Of a stretch of 64,000 nt of DNA, positions 1 through 9,978 are shown piece by piece; position 1 is the first letter of the stretch; every line of letters begins with the position of its first letter. Origin of the DNA: an uncultured Candidatus Saccharibacteria bacterium (GTDB taxonomy: Bacteria > Patescibacteriota > Saccharimonadia > UBA4664 > CAZJNH01); contig CAZJNH010000004.1 of the NCBI GenBank assembly GCA_964547425.1, forward strand, positions 7,226 to 71,225, given 5' to 3'. The notes beneath the pieces are model-generated. The model had not been told where the DNA came from and ran no database searches. It worked only from the letters and a program-made list of their open reading frames with translations. A program made the position numbers and the translations under genes.

Positions 1-14
1 TGCTAACTAGGTTC

Positions 15-548
15 TTGAAGCGACAACAAGGGTTCACACTGTTAGAGCTTCTTATCGTCATCGTGATCATCGGTATCCTCGCGGTCATTATTGTTCCGGG
101 TCTGTCCAGCGGTCCGAAGAGGGCCCGTGACGCCCAGCGCAAAGCTGACATGCGCGGAGTCAAAAACGCTCTAGAGACTTTCTACAACGACAACAACTCC
201 TACCCGGTTCAGACCACTACTGCCAGTACAACCGGCTTGACGGCCACTGCGTTGATCAACGCTACCACCGGTATCGTCACCAACTACCTGCCGGCGTTGC
301 CTTGTGACCCGCGCTCTAGTGTTAAGACCACGACGACAACCTCAACTCTCTGTACCGACACCGTAGACGGTTCGAACACCCTGCGTTATCTGTACAAGTC
401 AGCCGCCGCTGGTGCTGCCTACCGCGTATGTGCCACCCTCGAAAACGCGCAAGATGGCGATGATGGTAACACTACTTCGAACGTTTCCGAAGGTTACTCG
501 GTCACCAGTATCAACGGTACTGCTCCTGGTACTCTCTGTACCACCTAA
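15..548 (+). CDS. Type IV pilin / pseudopilin (major pilin, copy 1)
   Basis: Class III signal peptide QQG|FTLLE, hydrophobic helix, ARDAQRKAD..LETFYNDN.SYP as in CPR GspG-like pilins; TTG start. Confidence 0.9.
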   Translation: MKRQQGFTLLELLIVIVIIGILAVIIVPGLSSGPKRARDAQRKADMRGVKNALETFYNDNNSYPVQTTTASTTGLTATALINATTGIVTNYLPALPCDPRSSVKTTTTTSTLCTDTVDGSNTLRYLYKSAAAGAAYRVCATLENAQDGDDGNTTSNVSEGYSVTSINGTAPGTLCTT

Positions 549-560
549 TCACTAGCAACT

Positions 561-599
561 AAACTAAAAACCTCTGCCACCCGCGGAGGTTTTTAGTTT
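561..599. terminator. Bidirectional intrinsic terminator
   Basis: AAACTAAAAACCTC..GAGGTTTTTAGTTT inverted repeat between convergent genes. Confidence 0.8.
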
Positions 600-2225
600 C
601 TAGTGGGTTCGGCGGAGCAAAATGTAGCTGTAGGCGCCGATCCGGGAAATGGTTTTGACACTGTAGTGGGGCTTAAGCTGGGAGAGCCCCTCGTCGTTCA
701 CGATCGCCGTTTTAATCTGGTCGTCTTTGGTCACATCGGCAACGTCAGCTAGCGTGCTGGCCTCGAAGACCGGTCGATCAGTGTAGGTTAAAACTACGAA
801 GGATGACAAGGTTTGCTGCTCAGTGGGGTAAACCACAATCGGGCCTGGTGGAGCATACTTAGCCTGCCTGGACAGTTCCGCTACTGGCTGGGCATTTTGA
901 ATATAGTCAGCCGTGTAGAGCCGGTACTGTGAGGCAAAGGGGTAGACCGAGACACCGACTAAGATCGCACCCGAGAGTACCAATCCCGCTTTGAGCCGTG
1001 AGGAGTCGAACTGAAGAAAGCAGAAGGCCACCGCTCCCGAGAGGACAAAGATAACCGCGAGCAACGCGGTGTTGGAGCTAACCGTAAACGGGCAGGTGTA
1101 AAGAGCTGCCAGACTAGCCGCGATTAAACCGAGGATGGGTACCAGCCGCTTGCCTCGAAAAGCGTTAACTACCGTGACCGCCACCATAATCGCCAGAGCC
1201 GGGTAGGCCGGCGCGGTGTAGTGGATGATCTTGGTTTTAAGCAGTGAAAAAAATACAAATACGACTACCGTCATCACTAGTAACAACCGCTGGGGGCCTT
1301 TTTTACGCCAGTTCTCCACGATGGAGCCGGCGAAGCCGAATGGGAGCAGGAAAATCCAGGGGTAGAGCCGCGAATACAGGATTTCTAAGTAGTAGCTATT
1401 GCCACGATTGACGATAAAACCGACAGAGGCGTTGGAGTTGTAAGGGTCAACCACCGAGTCTTTAATCCGTTTCCATATGTGGAACCCAAAATAACTGTCC
1501 CAAAACTGGTGTCCCCACTGCATGAGTTCGGCGAAGTGCCAGGGCGCGGTGATGGCAACCGCGATGCCGCCGGCGATCCACAAATGCTTGCTGCGTAAAT
1601 ACTCTTTAATTTCTCCGTTCCAAGCCCAGACAAGTGCCAAAATGACGGGGATCAGTAGGGCCGTTGGGCCTTTAGTAAGAGCGCCAAGGCCAATAGCCGC
1701 CCCGAGCAAATAATAGAATTTGGGGCTTTCTTTGAGCCGCAGGGCAAAGTAAAAGGCCAGCCACCAGAAGAAAATCATCGGGCCGTCGAGGCGGCCGATG
1801 CGGAAAACATGGATTAGGCCGAAAGAAGTTAAAGCGACGTAAGCAGCGGCTAAACCGACGGTTTTGTCGTAGAGCCGTTTGGCGATGGCGTAGGTCAAAA
1901 CAATCGTGCCAATACCGGCCAATCCAGAGGGCAAGCGCGACCAAAACTCGATTTGGCCGGGGAGGCGGATTAGCAGGGCCTTGAGCCAAATAATCAGAGG
2001 GGGTTTTTCGAACCAAGGTACCAAGGAGCCGTCGGGGTTAAAGCGCCAGAACAGCGTGATCCAGTTGCCCGTTCGGTTGATGTTGTGGGCGACTTGGTGG
2101 TAGATCATCTCGTCACCGTCAAAAAATCGGTAACTGCCGAGCTTATATAAATACGCGCCGGAGCCGGCCAGTACTAGTAGCAATTCCGCCCAGTATCTTT
2201 TGGCCAGCTTCAGCGCTGATTGCAT
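600..2225 (-). CDS. ArnT/PMT-like GT-C membrane glycosyltransferase
   Basis: Polytopic; DE motif in first loop (FDGDE), WFEKPPL, LTKGP motifs typical of the ArnT family. Confidence 0.85.
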   Translation of the reverse strand: MQSALKLAKRYWAELLLVLAGSGAYLYKLGSYRFFDGDEMIYHQVAHNINRTGNWITLFWRFNPDGSLVPWFEKPPLIIWLKALLIRLPGQIEFWSRLPSGLAGIGTIVLTYAIAKRLYDKTVGLAAAYVALTSFGLIHVFRIGRLDGPMIFFWWLAFYFALRLKESPKFYYLLGAAIGLGALTKGPTALLIPVILALVWAWNGEIKEYLRSKHLWIAGGIAVAITAPWHFAELMQWGHQFWDSYFGFHIWKRIKDSVVDPYNSNASVGFIVNRGNSYYLEILYSRLYPWIFLLPFGFAGSIVENWRKKGPQRLLLVMTVVVFVFFSLLKTKIIHYTAPAYPALAIMVAVTVVNAFRGKRLVPILGLIAASLAALYTCPFTVSSNTALLAVIFVLSGAVAFCFLQFDSSRLKAGLVLSGAILVGVSVYPFASQYRLYTADYIQNAQPVAELSRQAKYAPPGPIVVYPTEQQTLSSFVVLTYTDRPVFEASTLADVADVTKDDQIKTAIVNDEGLSQLKPHYSVKTISRIGAYSYILLRRTH

Positions 2226-2250
2226 CCCAAATAGTGTAGCAGATAACGAA

Positions 2251-2730
2251 AAACTCTAAGAACTAAGTACTAAACCCTAAGTAAGATTAAAGATCTAAGA
2301 AGAATGTTTTTCGAGGATAGCACCGAAAATCCTAGTTAGACTCCGAGCCTCTTCGATCAGGGATTGGTCGGAACGTAACAGCCTTAACCAGAGAGCGCTT
2401 TCTTTTGCTTCTTTCCGACAGATCTTGATTCGCAGGATATAGTCCTTATTACTCAACGCTTCGACAGCTTCGATGAAATTGGCGGCTACGGAACCTGAGG
2501 ATCGCACCAGTTGCTTGGCATCCTCTCTCGCAACAATGGACTGAGGTTGTCTTTTAACTAGATCTCGACAATCTTGCGCGAACTTAAACGTCCTGTCTTC
2601 TAGTCCGTATTTTTGCTCGGTTGCTTGCATTCAAGCATTTTAATTTGGTCTCCGAATGAAACTCAAGCATTACTTTAATCTTTATTCTTTGACCTTACTT
2701 AGTCCTTAGAGTTTAGTTCTTAGAGTTTGA
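2251..2730. mobile_element. Inverted-repeat-flanked four-helix-bundle cassette
   Basis: 16-bp perfect terminal inverted repeat AAACTCTAAGAACTAA (2251-2266 / 2713-2728) with ~7-nt periodic CTAA sub-repeats; related empty copy at 12157-12269. Confidence 0.6.
2295..2630 (-). CDS. Four helix bundle protein (23S rRNA IVS protein-like)
   Basis: LEDRTFKFA..QLVRSSGSVAANFIEA..KICRKEAKES..WLRLL family motifs. Confidence 0.9.
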   Translation of the reverse strand: MQATEQKYGLEDRTFKFAQDCRDLVKRQPQSIVAREDAKQLVRSSGSVAANFIEAVEALSNKDYILRIKICRKEAKESALWLRLLRSDQSLIEEARSLTRIFGAILEKHSS

Positions 2731-2859
2731 CCTGTTGCACCAGGTAAGTTTCTGCTACTATACTGATAGCGGTTACGTTTCAGATTTTTAGTTAATTCTT
2801 CATAAGAGGCGGACATCATTTCTCTAGGTAAGCGCAATCAAAACAGGAGGGGTTTTTGG

Positions 2860-3405
2860 CTGGAACATGGAATCAAACATGCCCACGGGTTTACCTTGCT
2901 TGAGCTGTTGATCGTTATCGTAATCATTGGAATTCTTGCAATTATCATTGTTCCCGGCCTCGCCAGCGGCCCAAAGCGCGCTCGCGACGCAAATCGTAAA
3001 TCTGACTTGCGCGGCCTCAAGAACTCCCTCGAAACTTTTTACAACGACAACAGCTCCTACCCGGTACAAACCACCACCGCCAGCACCACGTCCCTTACCG
3101 CCACCGCTTTACTCAGCTCTACTACTGGTGTTGTACCAAATTATCTGCCGGCTTTCGAGTGCGACCCGAGATCAAGCGTGAAAACCACCACCACCACCTC
3201 CACTCTTTGTGTCGACACGGTTGACGGCTCCAATACCCTGCGTTACCTCTATAAATCGGGTTCTTCAGGTTCTTCTTACCGCGTCTGCGCGACGCTTGAG
3301 AACGCTCAAGACGGAGACGATGGCAACACAACTACAAACGTGTCCGAGGGGTACTCCGTGGTCAGTGTGAACGGTACCGCTCCCGGCACCCTCTGCACTA
3401 CTTAG
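2860..3405 (+). CDS. Type IV pilin (major pilin, copy 2); start uncertain, possibly CTG at 2860
   Basis: 144/169 aa identical to 15..548 by manual alignment; in-frame HAHG|FTLLE cleavage site lies upstream of the ORF-track start; AGGAGG at 2845-2850. Confidence 0.85.
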   Translation: MEHGIKHAHGFTLLELLIVIVIIGILAIIIVPGLASGPKRARDANRKSDLRGLKNSLETFYNDNSSYPVQTTTASTTSLTATALLSSTTGVVPNYLPAFECDPRSSVKTTTTTSTLCVDTVDGSNTLRYLYKSGSSGSSYRVCATLENAQDGDDGNTTTNVSEGYSVVSVNGTAPGTLCTT

Positions 3406-4398
3406 ATGGCAAGATTGGGACGAATTTTCAAACACCTCCGCGACCAACGCGGTTTTACTTTTATTGAGGTCATAACCACATCTGTAATCATCGGCATCGG
3501 CTTTACGGCCATCTTTGAAACCTTTATTGCCGCCAACAACCTGAACCGCCAATCAGCTCAGTATCTGGCCGCGTCCAAGTTCGCCCAAACCGAGCTCGAC
3601 TACTACCGCAGCCAGCTGTTCACTACCGACGTCACAGCTACTAGCGAAACCGACAGCACAAGTTTACTTAGTGGCAGTACCGACGTTTCCGGCTCAATGC
3701 CCAGCTTACCTGGGGGCACCGCAATTAGCTGCTCCTCGGCGGCATCAGGCACCTTAGGCAAATACGCTTGCGTAACTGTCGCGGCTGTCGAGACTGGGAT
3801 GTACCGTGTCACAGTGTTTGTAGGTTACCGCGAAGGCGGGACGGCCGAAAGAACGGTGCAGTTGAGCACGTACGTCGCCCAAAACGGCGTCGGCACCAAT
3901 CCCACCGTCTGGAATTATTACTTTGATCATTCCGATGCAGGACCAGCGAGAAGTATATTCACCCAGCCATCAACCTGGACCAATTCCTCAAACGCGGTTG
4001 ACGGAAGCATAGCGACCGCCTCAACGAATTCAAGTGGTCCCAGCTCCTGTTCGGTGTCTCAGAACGGTTTCACCGAGAACGGATGTATGTTTATTTATGG
4101 AACTAATTCGCCGCCACAGGGCGGAACGGGTATTACAACGGTCAAGGCACGGATATACGGCTCTAACTCTACCGCATACATCTATCAAGGTTGTACGAGT
4201 GGAACTTCCTGTTGGGGGACGGCTTTGGCAACCCTAACAATGCCCAGCGGTAGTGCTACTTTTGGTAGCTGGGTTACATTATCTGCGCCCAGTGGGGGTT
4301 GGACTTGGCCGATTTTGAAACACCTCGTCTTGGGAGTAAACGGTTGCTCTACGGTTCCTTGCTCGATCTCAGAAGTTCAACTCCGGGTGTTCCAGTGA
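3406..4398 (+). CDS. Minor pilin (PilV-like) with C-terminal extension
   Basis: QRG|FTFIE prepilin motif; Ser/Thr/Gly/Cys-rich body. Confidence 0.8.
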   Translation: MARLGRIFKHLRDQRGFTFIEVITTSVIIGIGFTAIFETFIAANNLNRQSAQYLAASKFAQTELDYYRSQLFTTDVTATSETDSTSLLSGSTDVSGSMPSLPGGTAISCSSAASGTLGKYACVTVAAVETGMYRVTVFVGYREGGTAERTVQLSTYVAQNGVGTNPTVWNYYFDHSDAGPARSIFTQPSTWTNSSNAVDGSIATASTNSSGPSSCSVSQNGFTENGCMFIYGTNSPPQGGTGITTVKARIYGSNSTAYIYQGCTSGTSCWGTALATLTMPSGSATFGSWVTLSAPSGGWTWPILKHLVLGVNGCSTVPCSISEVQLRVFQ

Positions 4399-5078
4399 TG
4401 AAATTACTGCGCAACCAACGCGGATTTACGTTGTTGGAGATGACAATTTCGACCGTTATGTTTAGTGTCTTGATCGTAGTTATCTCCGGGATGGTTTCGA
4501 TTGGAATCACCAATTTCGTGCAAGGAGATGCCTACAACCAAGCCCAAAACGAAGCCAATGTGATCCTAAATGACATTGTCAGCAACATTCACCGCGGCAG
4601 CTCGGCAATCAATGCATGCTCCAACTACAATGACGCTCATCGTACCGATTGTAGCTTTGCCCTTTCTGGCTTCACCGTAGATATTCCGGCGCTCGATTCC
4701 AGCGGTAATGTCCTATATACCGATAACACCCATCGCACCATTTGCACCAACGAAGTTGTCTACTTCGGTTATATTGGTACGGGAACGGGCGGTCCTCTTT
4801 ATCGCCGAAGTATTGAGAGCTCTGGGAGTCCCTCAAGTTGTACGGCAACCAACGCGACAGTCAACAGCTGCCAACCCGGAGGAGGTTGTAGTGCCACAGA
4901 CTCTACTTTGGCCAGAAACTTTTACGCGTTGACCGTCACCGACTGCGCCGGAAACGCGAGCCTGACTAACAAGACATGTTTGAAGCTCGTCCTGACCATC
5001 AAGAAAAAAGTCAGCGGCCGCACCATTACACTGAGTTATACCAGCTACGCTACCCTAAACAGTAAAGGAACCGTGTAG
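4398..5078 (+). CDS. Minor pilin (PilW-like)
   Basis: ATG at 4398 overlaps upstream TGA; MKLLRNQRG|FTLLE. Confidence 0.8.
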   Translation: MKLLRNQRGFTLLEMTISTVMFSVLIVVISGMVSIGITNFVQGDAYNQAQNEANVILNDIVSNIHRGSSAINACSNYNDAHRTDCSFALSGFTVDIPALDSSGNVLYTDNTHRTICTNEVVYFGYIGTGTGGPLYRRSIESSGSPSSCTATNATVNSCQPGGGCSATDSTLARNFYALTVTDCAGNASLTNKTCLKLVLTIKKKVSGRTITLSYTSYATLNSKGTV

Positions 5079-7780
5079 TGAATAAATGGTTCAGCAGAGG
5101 AGTCTTGAGTGAGCCGGCCGCGGTCGTCATCTTCGCGTTTATGATTATTGCGCTGGCTGTTGGCACTGCCGCGACCAGCCAGTGGACTTACTCCCACAAA
5201 AGCGCTTACGACACCATGGCAGTTGCTGCCGCTCAGGCCGGGCTTGATCATGCCATCTTGAAGCTCAATACCGACGAGAACTACTTTTCTGGGCCTTTAG
5301 CCTCCGGCGATACTGGCACCGGAGCGGGCAATAGCGAGGTGTCCCTGGAGCAAACCCTCTCCTCCTCAGGTCAATTTACGATCACTTACATAATCGCCTC
5401 GGTGAGCGATGGTAGTGCTTACAGCCAAACAGGTTACGAAAAGAACGTAACGGTTCAAGGGCGTGTCTACCAGAACAGTACCGGTAAACTACTTTCCAAA
5501 AGGGATGTCAGCGCTGGTCTTGAAGTTGGCTCCCAAAATTTCCCTTATCAGGTCCAAGCCGGGTATGGGCATATCACACTTCAAGACATCTCCACAGTTA
5601 ATACCACAAATGCCAACGGCCGGATCTTTAGCAACGGTAGTATCCGTATAACCAACTCCGCCGTTTTAAAAGGCTACGAAGTTGGAGCTGGCGACTTCGA
5701 ATGCCCGCTCGCGGGTGGAGCGACTTACCCGACTGGCGGTGCTGACACCGGAGGCCGCTGCACAGCCGCCCAGCAAGTAGCCCTTCAGTCTTATGCTGGC
5801 TCTCCAGGTAGCAGTACTTTGCTTCATTTAGCTCATGGCGCGAGCGATATATCCGGAGGTTTTACTCCTAATCCACCAACCGATAATGTTGGAACCGTAG
5901 TCCCAATGCCTGGTCAAACAGGATACGGAACAAACTACCCCAGCTGGCCGGACGATAGCCGCAACGGTGTAATTAACTCCATCGACACAGCATTAACCAA
6001 CGCCCCTCAAAACTGCGGTAGCACCGCCAGCTGGGTTAGCTTAGGTAACATTCATATTACCAACGGGTTTAGCCTAAACGGCAGCTGTGTTCTAACCATC
6101 GGTGGCAATATTTGGGTCAATAACAATATAGCCAGTACTGCTGCAAACACCTTTATAGTTTCAGACACCGACAAGAACGGGAACCCAATCCGCCGTCCCT
6201 TGATTGTGATGGTTGATGGTGCCACAAGCTCGGGATTCTCAGCCACGGATAACATCCAGCTGTTTGATAACTTTCACGTTACGCCTAACAAGTACGGAAT
6301 GGGTATAATTTTTGAAAGTGAGTACTGTGGCAGTGGTTGTGATCCTAGTATCGGGCCGGCTATACCAAGCAGTACGTTTTATAGCTCTACTTCAAACAGA
6401 ACTATTGACATTAACACAGAGGCTACCCAGGCTGCGCCAACCAGACAGATTACTTTGGATCAATCGGTACTTTTTGCCAAATGGGGCTACGTTGGCTTTG
6501 CCAACAATTCTGGCGGCACAGACCATGCTATGGTCAGGTCGCCTTATTGCATTGACGCGGTTGGCCAAAGTGTAATATTTCCTACGGTGGTTACCGGTTC
6601 AGATCTACATACTATTGATTGCTCTTTTTCCGGCGCCAGCTTAACGGGCGCCTCATACGTCAACTTGGGTCAGCTAAGCGGCAAAGTCTTTAAGGTCGGC
6701 GGCTACAAAGAAACCGCCGGCGGGAACTACGCCACTATTAATGTCATCGATACCTCTGGCGATGCAAACGCCAATCCGGGTAACGGAGATGGTGCTGTTA
6801 CGGTTGGCACCGACGGATTCCCGGTTGGCCACTACTACGATCGAATCTTCCACTGCTCAAACATATACTGCACGTTCAAGACAAACGTGGGCGGCGGATC
6901 CTACTCAAATAGTACAGCCAATATTGGGAGTGACAACTTACCGATAACGACCGATTCGTACTCCTGGCTTGATGCGAGTCATTGTAATAACGTTTCTTGC
7001 TCGAGTAATGCTAACTCATCAGTAGATTCAGGAAGCGCTGTGGGTTACCACAGCGATACGGCTATTGGAAGCGATGGATTCCCAGTAATTGCTTATAATG
7101 ATAGCACCGGCGCTATTAAGGTTGCGCACTGCGGCAACGTGTCGTGTTCGAGCGGTAACACAATTACCCCCCTCGGAGCTGCGCTCGGGTTCTCTGTCTC
7201 AATCGCGAAGGGCAGCGATAATTTACCGGTAATCTCATACCTAGGGCCGTCAAGCACTTATCCTCTAAAAGTAATTCACTGTGGCAATGTTTTATGCTCA
7301 AGCGGAAATGTAACTACTTCCGTTGACCCCAATCCTAACGCCAGTCTCAGTGGAACAAGTATTACAATCGGTAGTGACGGTTTTCCAATCATTGCTTACT
7401 TTACCAGTGGCAACACTTTGAGGGTTGCGCATTGCGTGAACGTATCATGTTCGAGTGGAAATGGCATTGTGGCCGTTGGTTCTAATAATCTTTCATCGGA
7501 TCCGGTGATTATTATAGGTAGCGATAATTTACCGAAAATCTTCTCCTACAACTCTGCTGATAAGCAAATATTAGTTGCATATTGCACAAACGTAAGTTGT
7601 ACTACCTGGGTCCGCCCGTTCGCTGCCGTCGTAGGCGGACCACTTGATGTCAGCTCAGGATCGTGGACCCCACATATAGGGGTTGCACTTGGGAGCGAAG
7701 GTTTTCCAATACTCTTTTATTACGATAATGTCTTACGTCAGTTCAGACTTTTACGTTGCGTAACCCAAACCTGTACCTAG
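5078..7780 (+). CDS. PilX-like pilin fused to a large adhesin with seven Cys-containing repeats
   Basis: Hydrophobic N-terminus without E5, then AAAQAGLDHAI (PilX N-terminal pattern); C-terminal GSD(GF/NL)P..HC.NV.C repeats. Confidence 0.7.
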   Translation: MNKWFSRGVLSEPAAVVIFAFMIIALAVGTAATSQWTYSHKSAYDTMAVAAAQAGLDHAILKLNTDENYFSGPLASGDTGTGAGNSEVSLEQTLSSSGQFTITYIIASVSDGSAYSQTGYEKNVTVQGRVYQNSTGKLLSKRDVSAGLEVGSQNFPYQVQAGYGHITLQDISTVNTTNANGRIFSNGSIRITNSAVLKGYEVGAGDFECPLAGGATYPTGGADTGGRCTAAQQVALQSYAGSPGSSTLLHLAHGASDISGGFTPNPPTDNVGTVVPMPGQTGYGTNYPSWPDDSRNGVINSIDTALTNAPQNCGSTASWVSLGNIHITNGFSLNGSCVLTIGGNIWVNNNIASTAANTFIVSDTDKNGNPIRRPLIVMVDGATSSGFSATDNIQLFDNFHVTPNKYGMGIIFESEYCGSGCDPSIGPAIPSSTFYSSTSNRTIDINTEATQAAPTRQITLDQSVLFAKWGYVGFANNSGGTDHAMVRSPYCIDAVGQSVIFPTVVTGSDLHTIDCSFSGASLTGASYVNLGQLSGKVFKVGGYKETAGGNYATINVIDTSGDANANPGNGDGAVTVGTDGFPVGHYYDRIFHCSNIYCTFKTNVGGGSYSNSTANIGSDNLPITTDSYSWLDASHCNNVSCSSNANSSVDSGSAVGYHSDTAIGSDGFPVIAYNDSTGAIKVAHCGNVSCSSGNTITPLGAALGFSVSIAKGSDNLPVISYLGPSSTYPLKVIHCGNVLCSSGNVTTSVDPNPNASLSGTSITIGSDGFPIIAYFTSGNTLRVAHCVNVSCSSGNGIVAVGSNNLSSDPVIIIGSDNLPKIFSYNSADKQILVAYCTNVSCTTWVRPFAAVVGGPLDVSSGSWTPHIGVALGSEGFPILFYYDNVLRQFRLLRCVTQTCT

Positions 7781-7841
7781 AGAACTTCACAGGTTCTCAA
7801 TCTGGTATAATCAAAAGTGCTAATGCTATAGCAGATACCGA

Positions 7842-8900
7842 ATGAAAATCCCATTAGTGTACAGGCAGGGCGCTGTTTTTGGCTGTGACATTGGCAGCCA
7901 GACGGTGAAAGTAGTTGAATTGGGCGGAACTTATAAGAAGCCCAAGGTTGTTGGGTATGGCTACGCGCCGTTCGACCCAAAGACCATGGTTAAGGGCGCC
8001 ATCGCTAACCCCGAGGCACTGGCCAAGACGGTTAAAGCCCTGATTACCAAGCCTCAAACCGGGCAGATCAATGCCAAGAGGGTGGTGTCATCGATCCCCA
8101 TCTCCCAAGTCTTCGTTCGAACGCTGACTTTACCGCCGATGGACGCGGCCGATTTGGCCCAAGCCATCCAGCTGGAGGCCGAGCAGTACATTCCGGTGCC
8201 GGTAAGGGACCTATACATCGACCACGAAATCCTATCCCATAAAGTGGTGGGCAAGGAGTCAAAACTCGAAATCCAGATGGTGGCAGCTCCGCGCGCTATT
8301 ATTGACTCCTACATTCGCCTGTTCGACGCTTTGGGTTTGTTTACCGAGGTCATCGAGATCGGCCAGTCGGCCATCCTGCGCAGTTTGTTTTATAACGCCG
8401 GTGACATTACCCTTCTGGCGGACTTCGGTTCGGAGCTAACCGACTTTGTCGTCAGCGACCACGCTATCCGTTTAAGCTCCACTGTACCTGTAGGCGGAAA
8501 CAAATTGACTCAAGCCCTGCAAAAAGAGCTCAAGGTCACCGCCCAGCAGGCGGATGAGATCAAAAAACGTTACGGAATCGGTGAAAGCGGCCTGCGAAAG
8601 GAAATCCTAAAAGCGCTTAAAGATCCGTTAGATAGTTTGACCCACGAGATCTCCAAAGCCATCAAGTACTACCACGACCGCAGCGAAAACAACCAGTCAA
8701 TCCAGAAGATAGTTTTGTCCGGCGGCAGCGCCTATTTGCCCGGCTTAATGGAGTATCTAACCCAAACCTTCCGGCTGCCGGTAGTAATCGACGACCCGTG
8801 GCAAAACGTTAAGTTCGAGAAACTGCCGCAGCCATCGCCGCAGGAGAGGGCAATGTATACGACAGCGGTCGGGCTTGGGATTTTGGGGTTAAAGACATGA
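7842..8900 (+). CDS. pilM: Type IV pilus assembly protein PilM
   Basis: GCDIGSQTVKVVEL, EAEQYIP, LSGGSA actin-like motifs. Confidence 0.92.
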   Translation: MKIPLVYRQGAVFGCDIGSQTVKVVELGGTYKKPKVVGYGYAPFDPKTMVKGAIANPEALAKTVKALITKPQTGQINAKRVVSSIPISQVFVRTLTLPPMDAADLAQAIQLEAEQYIPVPVRDLYIDHEILSHKVVGKESKLEIQMVAAPRAIIDSYIRLFDALGLFTEVIEIGQSAILRSLFYNAGDITLLADFGSELTDFVVSDHAIRLSSTVPVGGNKLTQALQKELKVTAQQADEIKKRYGIGESGLRKEILKALKDPLDSLTHEISKAIKYYHDRSENNQSIQKIVLSGGSAYLPGLMEYLTQTFRLPVVIDDPWQNVKFEKLPQPSPQERAMYTTAVGLGILGLKT

Positions 8901-9436
8901 TTAATTTATTGCCGCCGGAAATTAAGGGCCAAATCGCTTTTTCTAAACGCAACGCCGCGCTAGTGCGGATCATTGCCGCGTTCGTCGCCTCCAGCGGAAT
9001 ATTGGGCGCCCTGCTGGTTTTTGGCTCCAAGAGCCTGGATGCCCAGGTGGTATCCGTCCAGCACGACTACGACAACCAGAAAAAGTCCTCGCCCGACAAC
9101 GGCAGTATCACCGCCCTGCAAGCCGTTAACCGCCGGTTAGCCATTATCCAGTCGCTTAACAACTCAAAACACCATTACTCGGCGTTGTTGCGAAGCCTTA
9201 GCGCCGCCATGCCAAGGGGCGCATACTTTTCGGTGATCGACCTGGCTGGAGACGACAAGCCGCTTAAATTAAGCATTCAGACCACCTCCTACTCGATCGC
9301 GACCAAAGTAAAGGATGCATTACTTAAATCGAAGCGGGTCGCGGGGGTAGACCTTGAAAGTATTGCCAAGGCCGACGCCGGCGGCGGCTACACGGTAGCG
9401 GTCACCATCGCTTTAAAACCGGGAGCTTCAAAGTGA
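8897..9436 (+). CDS. pilN: PilN-like protein
   Basis: MINLLP N-terminus, single TM, follows pilM. Confidence 0.85.
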   Translation: MINLLPPEIKGQIAFSKRNAALVRIIAAFVASSGILGALLVFGSKSLDAQVVSVQHDYDNQKKSSPDNGSITALQAVNRRLAIIQSLNNSKHHYSALLRSLSAAMPRGAYFSVIDLAGDDKPLKLSIQTTSYSIATKVKDALLKSKRVAGVDLESIAKADAGGGYTVAVTIALKPGASK

Positions 9437-9978
9437 GCCCGCGCCAATTCTTCTTCGGCTTAATTTCCCTTACCATCGTGGTTTTAATTGGCGGAGGCTA
9501 CTTCTTTTTCCATGCCACAAATAAATATAGCCAGGGTAATAAAAAACTGGACAGATTGCTGGCAGACATTAAGGTGCTGCAAGACCAGTCGCAGCGCCAA
9601 CGCCAATTAAAACACGATTACGACCATAAAGTGGTACCTAAACTACCGTTACTCGACCGGGCTCTGCCCAAAGATAAAGACCAGGCCTTAGCCACCCAGC
9701 AAATCAGCGATCTGGCGGCCAAAAATGGCGTCGCGTTCACGAACATCCAGTTCACCCCCAGCCAAGGCCCGTCTGCTACCAGCCAGACCCAATCCGCCAA
9801 CGGCGTTTTGGCGTTGCCGATCAGCTTTAGCACTACCGGTAGTTATAACCAAATCCAGGAGTTTTTGCAGGGTATCGAAAACTTTCCCCGGGAGTGTGAC
9901 ATCGTCAACGTAAGCTTGAGCGCGTCGGAGAATACCGTGTCGGCCAACTTAATCGTAAATATGTATCTACTGCCATGA
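9433..9978 (+). CDS. pilO: PilO-like protein
   Basis: TM plus coiled coil, ALP..GSYNQIQEFLQGIENFPR motif. Confidence 0.85.
   Translation: MSPRQFFFGLISLTIVVLIGGGYFFFHATNKYSQGNKKLDRLLADIKVLQDQSQRQRQLKHDYDHKVVPKLPLLDRALPKDKDQALATQQISDLAAKNGVAFTNIQFTPSQGPSATSQTQSANGVLALPISFSTTGSYNQIQEFLQGIENFPRECDIVNVSLSASENTVSANLIVNMYLLP

Noticed and set aside
2295-2630. Diversity-generating retroelement (Avd-like protein near duplicated pilins)
   Set aside because: No reverse transcriptase in the window; pilin differences are spread over all bases and mostly synonymous, not adenine-specific TR/VR changes.
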